Below, in pieces: positions 59,501 through 64,000 of a stretch of DNA of 64,000 nt. Position 1 is the first letter of the stretch, and every line of letters starts with the position of its first letter. The stretch is from an uncultured Actinomycetes bacterium (GTDB lineage Bacteria > Actinomycetota > Actinomycetes > S36-B12 > UBA10799), in contig CAZJNU010000002.1 of assembly GCA_964547485.1 (NCBI GenBank), positions 33,771-97,770 on the forward strand, read 5' to 3'. The position numbers and the translations under genes were made by a program. Below the pieces are notes generated by a model that was given only the letters and a program-made list of their open reading frames with translations, did not search any database and was not told the origin of the DNA.

Positions 59501-60577
59501 CCGTCCGAGGGCACCTTCCTCGGGAGAACGCCGGTGACCATCACCGGCACGGGATTCATGGCCGGCGCGGACGTCAAGATCGGCACCGCCAACTGCCGGA
59601 ATCCGCAGGTCACCAGCCCGACCACGGTGACCTGCACGACCGGTCGCTCGCAGTTGAGTCCGGACTCCTCTGCGCTGGCGGCGAAGGTCGTCGTGACCAA
59701 CTCGGACCAGCAGGCCTCCACCGATCCGGTGACCTACAGGTACACCCCCGGTGGCAACCTGTTCTGGTCCAACGGTGGGGCCAGCCCGCAGTCCATCGGT
59801 CAGGCCGCCGTTGGCAATACCGGGACCGACCACTCCTACACACTTCCGTCCGGGGTGGGGATGCTGGGCGGCATCGCGGCCGACGACCGCTATGTCTACT
59901 GGGCAGATCAGCTCAACGCCAGTATCGGCCGAGTCCCGATCGACGATCTGGCAGGGGAACAGGCTCAACCGAAGTGGATTGACCTGTCCAGCGTCTCAGC
60001 CACCCCGATGTCCGTTTCGGTCAGTGGCGGCTACATCTACTGGGCCGATAGTTCCAACGACCAGATCGGTCGGGCAACACTGGCCAACCCAGGTTCCACA
60101 GTGGCGTACAATTTTGTGTCCGGGAACGCCTTGAACTCCCCCTACGGTGTCGCGGTCGACAACGCCTACATCTACTGGGCAAACCACGGCGACTCCACGC
60201 TGGCTCGGGCATACCTGGCCAACGGGTCGCTGCCGACGGCCATCCACACGGTCAGCAACGGCCATAACCCAAGCGGCGTCACCGTAAGTGGCGGCCAGTT
60301 GTACTGGACGGCCCAGACTGCTGCCGGCACCGGCGGCTCGCTCGGCCGGGCGAACCCTGATGGTTCCAATCCAACCGACTCTTTCGTCGGGAATACCGGC
60401 GCCGGCAACGTAGCGTCGTTCAACAGCCCGCAGGGACTCGCCGCGGCCGGTTCGACGCTCTGCTGGGCGAATTCCGGCGGAACCAGCCTCGGAGCGGCAA
60501 ACCTCGCGGACGGGTCCAGCCCCGACGGCAACTTCATCGTCGGCGCCAACGCACCGCAGGGCGTCGCCGTGAACTGA
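50543..60577 (+). CDS. Giant secreted protein 2 (3,344 aa): pentapeptide repeats, 20 IPT/TIG-like modules and 4 YWTD-type six-bladed beta-propellers
   Basis: It starts 27 nt after gene 1, with RBS AGAGGA. The signal-like segment is RRMSPVLGLTAAAALIFAPLTSASA, followed by a Thr/Pro linker. The repeat modules were read and counted manually (see sub-features). The frame is uninterrupted for 10 kb. Confidence 0.88.
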   Translation: MTNPAPDIRPASTGHRDRTQLRRMSPVLGLTAAAALIFAPLTSASAATPPPAPSPSATGPAARPDQDTVATRTTSPAASPTTTTPPPKPAAPKPPAKPTPRTPTGPVPPSRVGARGEVTAPATAGIRVTDIKLVGNGRAISAIVRWNRALIALPGNHDQFRIRLTGFPANSNRPVTFGQLAFNRVPAAVQRVTLPLTPVKLRQLRAAADVVLSASQHYDGPDRNASFERTHVATTHLNTLLRPRPRSAGVGGRITATAALALRDCTGVLIGPGADLRRCDLRGAQLQGVNLTNALLQRADFIGTNLSGAVFTGAQVNGAFFGGATGVNLAGAIGIPAAAGATPANPNPSPAGPRVTSISPPSGPVAGGTTVTIVGTGFVPGASVTVGGVPCSDSAWKNPTTLRCTTGAHALGAADVVVTNPSNAETGTLSAGFTYTKGAHLFWAGALGDSAWLGRADIEGSNPNNSFVNVNPNGGSWAQDVATDGTYLYWADMNGNQIGRSNLDGSGVNSGFITGLYQPTGVAVQDGQIFWATSGAIGVANLDGSNVNQGLVQTNTDVQNVNGGWDVAVDDQFVYWTNNQDSNENANAGTTIGRANLDGSNANPNFINNAFGPRGLAVDGGHLYWTNTADPNVNGQSQFSIGLANLDGSNANATWLTGMPSVQAMTVDGGYVYWVDVVSNSIGRAATDGSGINTTWLAAVQNLQGVGTDLTPFPKSLSTTSGSEAGGTEVTIAGFGFDPAATVTIGGVDCPRYTGSWTTITCVTGAAPAGAADVVVTNPRSQAGLLPQAFTFQSGPPPTLSISGITPVSGSALGGTPVTISGAGFLPGTTISVGGSACRNPIVSSASQLTCVTSAHQPGPADVVVTNPQGPGPAGTANLAAGYTFVQSPPTVTQISPAAGNVAGGTQVIVTGTHFAPQATVTIGGVPCARLVVVALTSLTCSTGAHATGPADVVVTNPDGSTGTLPAGFSYNYAPPVVQSISPTAVLSTGGVPLTITGNGFLQGATVALNYNNGTGGPNRTGDCAITQIASASITCTMAPNFGVGVQADVVVTNPNGKQTTLSQALTLNPNTTPTITAVQPNSGPVTGDTPVTVTGSGFYGNSESTGLTVSIAGQPCTITGAVQADTLTCTTGSNNFNSATGGPGPFDVSVATTFQFASGSQATGNATLPAGYTYLNTPLLTSVSPAVGWTMGGSQLTLTGAAIVDGATITVGGIPCTDPTDVSPQADPDAAIASVWTCVTGGHGPGPVDVVVTNPDGITSTLPGGYGYQDPDVQLTGISPATGSTLGGTPVTISGSDLVDGRAGSSVKVGGSPCVNATWSGNSITCTTTGPQPAGPVDVSVNDASGRSDTLPQSFTFAEVAPQVLTTSPNQGSVTGGTTVTVAGTGFEQGAIVTVGGYTCDVGAITAQSLTCATHAHPAGTVDVTVTNPSGLFGTLTDGFTFAMQVTGMNPSSVSTLGGAPLQLTGGGFAQGATVSIGGQSCEDPAITPTAISCTTPGLAVGQYPVVVTNTNGQTSQWSSPLAAAIPTPTVTGVSPPSGSNLGGATVTVAGTGFYDATTVQIGGSDCANVEISNQTSLTCQTTGYHPTGTVDVVVTNPGNPSGTLAGSYSFLAATPNVVSVSPTSGAVAGSTQVTITGTNFDPAATATIGGAQCANPSVSADFSQLSCSTGVSEAAGPADVVVTNPTWKSDTGSGLYTFTANRHLFYGNVGSVPYYGGGTIGNLGRAKLDGSEADPNYIDVNPGVTDPTQQVEDSNPVASGGFVYYITGNGSVGRVGLDGSDLNNNWISGATYPGVESQLALDAQYIYVTNQNNGNGAIGRFNLTDGSQAGFGSTTGDQFISGLNTPSAVAVSGGAIYWGDSGTGQIGSALLPAADDTSNGPGSISTSLFTVFSPDSTQAEFTAMAVGWVSELNTDGGLYWSLSTMTGTNSSTASIGIAPITPGSPGTIFTVITNTSLISGLGMANGLAADGQYLYWTGTNNVERADLSSGSLFNDNLPLTVDRNFITNTVSPDGVAVVPEPSAADTPAISQFSANSPQVGPATGGTVVTLQGSGFLANSRITFGGLPCPLLTTATNTATSLTCVTPAHPAGSVDVVVANLNGQTTVVSSGFNYLAASYLYWVDTSTGSATIARSNLDGTGINPTFAAADCGGAPNCTTVPGMAPSSLAVDDNNVYWINAAPGDDSTAASIGSIGLDGSNPNNNLIPNVDNSSLDGGVIAAGGGRIYWINCNDPEDFACTQTIGAADMDGKNVNYSFIQTTGVAGGITSLAADSSGIYWADGDGTGQVMWADLNGQNINATYLPANVTAYSDTTYDDSGGEIDHDVMTKHVSISNGQIYWAGSGIENTYLGSATIGASGPTNIVYPLQTFADGGTAQLTANAQRLYWWSPNQNGGNSTGMSTIGGVTINPSIMTDTGAPVVSPSALSAPPQVTTVSPVGGSTLGGTLVTISGTGFQQATNTVTIGGVPCANVTPSSPTSLTCTTGVHTAGPIDYGPADVTVTNPDTQSGTLTGGYDYSPPTPTIGAVNPGSALFLGGQQIAINGAGFDSNLTVMLGNTPCSIAPGNVTPTTITCTPGNNQVEQVVDVVVNNGDGKLATKARGFTFAGYAPTADPQSPLTPTTAPLNGGTILTITGGYFDQNAQITVGGSPCPQISGGSGQGSPQSTLLCQLPAGTAVGPATVVVANPDGQRISLPGADSTATFSYGPPNPSISSVTTAAGESFGSTGGNYRVTVAGTSFGQNPSVMVGAQPCVNPVLAGSTVSCRVRPHSAGPVDVVVTRADGQSAVLTRGFTFVVETPTLTSISPAAGSSTGGTPVTVSGTGFDPAATVSLGGAICGQVQIGGQASLSCVTGGDMVGPADLVVTNPGGLSATLPGAFTYGGWGPGPSPQPLSITPSTGTPGGGESVAISGNFLGVVPTDVTVTIGGVGCQVTTTTGSSLNCTTGPHPLGVGDVVVTAVANLATGTLPQSFTYATVVPPTVTSISPSEGTFLGRTPVTITGTGFMAGADVKIGTANCRNPQVTSPTTVTCTTGRSQLSPDSSALAAKVVVTNSDQQASTDPVTYRYTPGGNLFWSNGGASPQSIGQAAVGNTGTDHSYTLPSGVGMLGGIAADDRYVYWADQLNASIGRVPIDDLAGEQAQPKWIDLSSVSATPMSVSVSGGYIYWADSSNDQIGRATLANPGSTVAYNFVSGNALNSPYGVAVDNAYIYWANHGDSTLARAYLANGSLPTAIHTVSNGHNPSGVTVSGGQLYWTAQTAAGTGGSLGRANPDGSNPTDSFVGNTGAGNVASFNSPQGLAAAGSTLCWANSGGTSLGAANLADGSSPDGNFIVGANAPQGVAVN
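51338..51547 (+). repeat. Pentapeptide-repeat block (aa about 266-335 of giant protein 2)
   Basis: CTGVLIGPGADLRRCDLRGAQLQGVNLTNALLQRADFIGTNLSGAVFTGAQVNGAFFGGATGVNLAGA, with A(D/N)LxG-type 5-residue periodicity. Confidence 0.75.
51599..51850 (+). repeat. IPT/TIG-like module 1 (single)
   Basis: RVTSISPPSGPVAGGTTVTIVGTGFVPGASVTVGGVPCSDSAWKNPTTLRCTTGAHALGAADVVVTNPSNAETGTLSAGFTY. Confidence 0.8.
51851..52678 (+). repeat. YWTD/LDL-receptor-class-B-like six-bladed propeller 1
   Basis: Six blade starts: HLFWAG, YLYWAD, QIFWAT, FVYWTN, HLYWTN, YVYWVD. Each is followed by xIGRxNLDGSxxN. Confidence 0.75.
52685..55648 (+). repeat. Array of 11 tandem IPT/TIG-like modules
   Basis: Eleven units of about 85-105 aa share (I/V)SPxxGxxxGGTxVTIxGxGFxxGAxVxIGGxxCxxxxxxSxTxLTCxTxxHxxGxxDVVVTNPxGxxxTLxxxFTY. 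Confidence 0.8.
55649..56608 (+). repeat. Six-bladed propeller 2 (most degenerate)
   Basis: Blade starts: HLFYGN, FVYYIT, YIYVTN, AIYWGD, GLYWSL, YLYWTG. Two blades carry long insertions. Confidence 0.6.
56624..56893 (+). repeat. IPT/TIG-like module (single)
   Basis: ISQFSANSPQVGPATGGTVVTLQGSGFLANSRITFGGLPCPLLTTATNTATSLTCVTPAHPAGSVDVVVANLNGQTTVVSSGFNY. Confidence 0.78.
56894..57802 (+). repeat. Six-bladed propeller 3
   Basis: Blade starts: YLYWVD, NVYWIN, RIYWIN, GIYWAD, QIYWAG, RLYWWS. Confidence 0.7.
57830..59749 (+). repeat. Array of 7 tandem IPT/TIG-like modules
   Basis: Seven units with the same consensus and the same conserved Cys pair as the 11-unit array. Confidence 0.78.
59750..60574 (+). 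repeat. Six-bladed propeller 4 (C-terminal end of the protein)
   Basis: Blade starts: NLFWSN, YVYWAD, YIYWAD, YIYWAN, QLYWTA, TLCWAN. The protein ends ...APQGVAVN with no anchor. Confidence 0.72.
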
Positions 60578-60621
60578 CCGGTGGAGTGGCCCAGCGCTCA
60601 ACCCAGCGCGCAATCGTAGGC

Positions 60622-61842
60622 TCAGCCCGCCTTCGGCAGCGGCGCCGCGTCATGCTCCACCGGCATCGGCCGAGTCCCGCGCAGCATGGCGGGGGTATAG
60701 CTGGCCAGTACCTCCTGCCACTGCGAGGGCGGCAACCCTGAACCTGCTGCGTGGCGAATCAGCCCCGCCAATACGTTGCCGCTGTCTGCGGCCAACGCGC
60801 GCTCGGCCGCAAGCCGGGCGAAGGCGCCGTCTCCCTGCTGCCAGGCGACCGCCGCCAACGTCGCCGCCACGGCTGCCACCTCGGGCGCGGGTGTTCGCCG
60901 GACCAATTCGGTGAGCATCGCCCGGGCCGCCTGCAGTCGCGCGACTCGGCGCGTAGCCGAGCCGCCGAACAGCAACCGATGCATCAGCGGTTCCCGGACT
61001 CGAGGGTCCTGTAGGGCCACTGCCCACCTCGCGGCCCGGAGATCCTCGTCCGGCTCAGCTACTCCTGAGTCCATCGAGCACGCCCCGGTTCCCACCGGGC
61101 TGGCCATTGTCACCAGTTCATCTTCTCGGGCCCGCCGCCAGCCCACCGCCCCGCGTCGGGACACGGCATGCAGCACCGACTCGGCCAGCGCTCGTGCCAT
61201 CACCTCGGCTGGCAGCAGCGCCGACCCGTCCGGCAGCAATCGATCGGCCAGTGCCTCTCGGCTGACCGCGAATCCAATTCCGGCCGTCACCAGGTCAAAG
61301 GCCGCCCGAGTGCCAGCCGAATCGTCACACTGGCGTCCGGTCGGCGGGCAGCATCCGGGCCGCGGACAGCTGTAGTGCCACCAGTGGTCACCTGTGGCCG
61401 CGAGCCACTCCCCCAACTCCACACCCTGCTCCAGCAACTCCTCGCGCAGCTTCAGCGACGTGTCCCGCAAGGGCCGTTCCAGTGCCCGGTTACTGAAAAG
61501 CACCACGTGGGCGACCTCCAGCTGGGCACCGGCAGCGAGCGCGCGCCTGACTGCGACCCCGATTTCGAGCGGCAACTCGGCCGCCGCACTCGCAGCCTCG
61601 TCCGCTCTACCGCCGACGTCCCATGGCTCCGACGGGGACTGCGCGATAGTCGGGGCATCCACTCGAAGACACAGCACCACGCGACCAGAGTCCCGGCAGG
61701 TGAAGACCACAACAAAGCTGTCCCGTGGTTCAAAACCCAGCAGGTAAGGGACCGAGGTGACCAAACCGCTGGCGCCGGACACTCGAATCGCGGGAGCAGA
61801 ACTGGTGGCTGGGTCGTGCGATTCGGCAGGATTCGTTGGCAT
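60622..61842 (-). CDS. DUF4192 domain-containing protein
   Basis: 406 aa. The N-terminus ...IRVSGASGLVTSVPYLLGFEPRDSFVVVF is typical of DUF4192, and it has the conserved Cys cluster WWHYSCPRPGCCP. Confidence 0.8.
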   Translation of the reverse strand: MPTNPAESHDPATSSAPAIRVSGASGLVTSVPYLLGFEPRDSFVVVFTCRDSGRVVLCLRVDAPTIAQSPSEPWDVGGRADEAASAAAELPLEIGVAVRRALAAGAQLEVAHVVLFSNRALERPLRDTSLKLREELLEQGVELGEWLAATGDHWWHYSCPRPGCCPPTGRQCDDSAGTRAAFDLVTAGIGFAVSREALADRLLPDGSALLPAEVMARALAESVLHAVSRRGAVGWRRAREDELVTMASPVGTGACSMDSGVAEPDEDLRAARWAVALQDPRVREPLMHRLLFGGSATRRVARLQAARAMLTELVRRTPAPEVAAVAATLAAVAWQQGDGAFARLAAERALAADSGNVLAGLIRHAAGSGLPPSQWQEVLASYTPAMLRGTRPMPVEHDAAPLPKAG

Positions 61843-61930
61843 GGCTTAACCCTGGGCCGAGCTGACCACGCTGAGAAGATGCCGGCAGCGGAATGTGGAC
61901 AGCTGCTCACAGGAAGTCCGCAGGGATGGT

Positions 61931-63052
61931 TCAGGCCCTGTTCGCCCGAGCCTCTTGCACCCGCCAACCGAGGAAGGTCGCGATGCCGGTGACCGCCTGC
62001 GGCAACAGACTCACCACCTGCCAGACCACCACCGCAGCGAGGATGTCCTGGCTGCTGAGGCCGAACACCCCGAGCATGACACCCAGCAGGCCGGCGACGG
62101 TGCCGAGGCCGCCCGGCGTGATCGGGATCAACGACCCCAACCGAGAGATGGCGAAGGCGCCGAAGATCTCCGCCGCGGTGACGCTGGCACCTCGGTCACC
62201 GGCAACGCCGCGAACCGCGACGAACAGGATCATGAACTGCATGAACGACACGGCCAGGTTCGTCAACGTCAGAGAGATCCAGCGGTCTTTGACCACATCC
62301 ACGATCCCGATCCGAAACTTCAGAATCGCCTCGGTGACGTCCTCGTCCTTGTGCATCCGCTTCAGCACCGGATTGGCGAGCTTCTGCCCCAACTGCCCAA
62401 CTTTTCTAGCACTGGTCTCGCTGCGCAGGATCAGCCAGAAGAGCACGATCATCACTGCCAGTGCCACCACACCGGCCACCCCGGCCCAAACCCAACTTGA
62501 CTCCAGTTGGCCGGACGACAGCAGCGCCAGCACCCCCAGCACGGGCAACAGGAAGGTCATGAAGAAGCTCCACACGCTGGTGATGGCGATTCCAGTGGTG
62601 GCCGCCGTCGGTGTCACCTTGTAGAAGGCCAGCATCACGTACTGCACCGCGACGGCCACTGCGCCACCAGCCGGTATCAGCGCCCCGATCGCCCAGGAAG
62701 TCTGCCGAACCATGAAGGCGGGCCGGTATTTCAGCCCGGGAATCGCCACCATGTACGGAAAGACATAGACGATGATGTTCACGATCGCCACCAGTATCAG
62801 GCTGGCAACTGCCAGCGCCGACATCGTCTGAATCTGCGTCCAGGCATCGGCAAATGAGCCGAACTTCTTGGCAAGCCCCCAGAACACCAGGACCAGCACG
62901 GCGAGCGTGACGATCCCGCCGATGATCGTCTTCTTCTTATCGAGGGTGGCCTTCGCCGCCGCCGGCATAGGCGCTGCCGCGTCCGGGTCGGCCACCGCTC
63001 CACCTCCAGCAACTGGCTGCGGGACCTGCTCGGCGCTACCGTCCTCGGTCAC
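61931..63052 (-). CDS. UPF0104 / lysylphosphatidylglycerol-synthase-TM-region-like (flippase-like) membrane protein
   Basis: 373 aa with about eight hydrophobic segments and a C-terminal ...IPITPGGLGTVAG... motif typical of the family. It overlaps the upstream SGNH gene by 17 nt. Confidence 0.72.
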   Translation of the reverse strand: MTEDGSAEQVPQPVAGGGAVADPDAAAPMPAAAKATLDKKKTIIGGIVTLAVLVLVFWGLAKKFGSFADAWTQIQTMSALAVASLILVAIVNIIVYVFPYMVAIPGLKYRPAFMVRQTSWAIGALIPAGGAVAVAVQYVMLAFYKVTPTAATTGIAITSVWSFFMTFLLPVLGVLALLSSGQLESSWVWAGVAGVVALAVMIVLFWLILRSETSARKVGQLGQKLANPVLKRMHKDEDVTEAILKFRIGIVDVVKDRWISLTLTNLAVSFMQFMILFVAVRGVAGDRGASVTAAEIFGAFAISRLGSLIPITPGGLGTVAGLLGVMLGVFGLSSQDILAAVVVWQVVSLLPQAVTGIATFLGWRVQEARANRA

Positions 63053-63851
63053 TTAGGGGCTCCAGTTCGGGACGACGGGGAAGCTGCGGATACGACTTGC
63101 GAAGAATACGCCTGGTTGCCCACGGCGTGACATCGCGTACCAGCCATCGGGCGTCATCAAGCCTGCGATGGAGGAACGGCGCCGCCGGCAGCGTGTCCGG
63201 AAGTGGCAATCGCCAAGTTGGATCCCCGAGGCCCAGGGCATCCAGTCCGGCTCGGGCGGCGTACTCATGACCCAGCGACGACAGGTGCAGTCGGTCCGGC
63301 GACCAGAGTCGATCGTCGTCGAAGCACTGCGCCCCCCAGTAGTCCACGATCCGAGCATCGAAGCGGTCAGCTATGCGGTGCAGGTGGTCGTCGTAGTGAC
63401 GGATCCGGTCGGCGATCGAACCGAGGGCGCGAGACCTGCGCCGGGGGTCGCCGAATGCGACCAGCAACACATCGCTGCCGATTGTCCGCATCGCCGCCAC
63501 CGTCGACTCGACGCCCATCACGGCAGCGGACAGGCTGAACCTGGGCCGAAGCATGTCATTGACCCCGACGGCGACCGTGGTGAGGTCTGGGCGCAGCGCA
63601 ATCGCTGTCGGCAGCTGGCGGGAGACCACGTCGGACACCTTGGCCCCGCGAACCGCCAGGTTTGCGTACCGAAGCCCCGGCTGCCGTTCGTCGATTGACT
63701 CGGCGAGGCGATCGGCCCAGCCGCGCAGCCGACCGTCCGGTCCGAGATCGTTCATCCCCTCCGTGAAGGAATCCCCCAGGGCCACATACCGGCGCCACGG
63801 CACCGCCGCGCTGTGGCTGGCAGCCAGTGCTGGCAGTTGCATCTCACCCAC
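63036..63851 (-). CDS. SGNH/GDSL-family hydrolase
   Basis: Block I is VALGDSFTEG, block III is GVNDM, and block V is DRLHLSSLGH. Confidence 0.85.
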   Translation of the reverse strand: MGEMQLPALAASHSAAVPWRRYVALGDSFTEGMNDLGPDGRLRGWADRLAESIDERQPGLRYANLAVRGAKVSDVVSRQLPTAIALRPDLTTVAVGVNDMLRPRFSLSAAVMGVESTVAAMRTIGSDVLLVAFGDPRRRSRALGSIADRIRHYDDHLHRIADRFDARIVDYWGAQCFDDDRLWSPDRLHLSSLGHEYAARAGLDALGLGDPTWRLPLPDTLPAAPFLHRRLDDARWLVRDVTPWATRRILRKSYPQLPRRPELEPLSDRGR

Positions 63852-64000
63852 GGCGCACCCACTTCCGACAGTTACCGCTGCGATCGGGACCGCAGCACGA
63901 AGATAGCGACAACCCCGTCTCGGTGCGGTCGTATCGACGATCCTGGCGACTCGCCGCCACGTTCACTGACGGAGGCTGGCTGCACGAGCCTGGGACCAAG

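Noticed and set aside
51193-60613. Many 100-280-aa antisense or out-of-frame ORFs inside giant gene 2 (for example 53048-53887, 59261-59968, 59996-60613)
   Set aside because: The same reasoning applies. The sense frame carries a coherent 3,344-aa modular protein.
1-64000. Search for tRNA, rRNA, CRISPR arrays, IS elements, integrases and prophage genes
   Set aside because: I found no cloverleaf-like intergenic segments, no regularly spaced direct repeats and no transposase- or integrase-like translations. All gaps longer than 150 bp were read by eye.

Overview
High-GC actinobacterial chromosomal segment with dense coding on both strands. I found no rRNA, tRNA, CRISPR array, transposase or integrase. 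About three quarters of the window is conserved housekeeping. It contains: (i) the yceD-sepIVA-coaD-rsmD-recG-DAK2 block with rpmB, thiL and ddl (1-9.1 kb); (ii) mixed metabolic and hydrolase genes, including an M13 peptidase, an App1-like phosphatase, DUF1028, an esterase lipoprotein and PAP2; (iii) an amino-acid permease/cystathionine beta-synthase/cystathionine gamma-lyase operon (23.2-27.3 kb); (iv) a redox/carbonic-anhydrase group; (v) the topoisomerase IV subunit B to principal sigma factor neighbourhood (31-42 kb), interrupted by an MMPL transporter coupled to a heptad-repeat exported protein. The stand-out region is 43.9-60.6 kb. It is a two-gene operon encoding giant signal-peptide-bearing proteins of 2,115 aa and 3,344 aa. 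The second has, by manual count, one pentapeptide-repeat block, 20 IPT/TIG-like Ig modules and four six-bladed YWTD/LDL-receptor-class-B-like beta-propellers, arranged as a two-fold super-repeat. The first has an Arg-rich N-terminal third of Ig/DUF11-like modules, followed by about 1,370 aa of Asn/Thr/Ser/Gly/Gln-rich sequence with no motif I recognise. Neither protein has an obvious anchor or catalytic motif. The pair sits between conserved genes (rpoD side, DUF4192 side) and looks lower in GC than its flanks. Smaller oddities: a tail-anchored protein made of 9-residue GSxLSIxSx repeats; a decayed PIN-toxin locus in a small low-density islet (16.0-17.9 kb); a Lys/Ala/Pro repeat tail with a perfect 33-bp tandem duplication in the sigma factor; and several candidate operator-like repeats. 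All calls rest on reading the translations and DNA by eye; no database search was possible.
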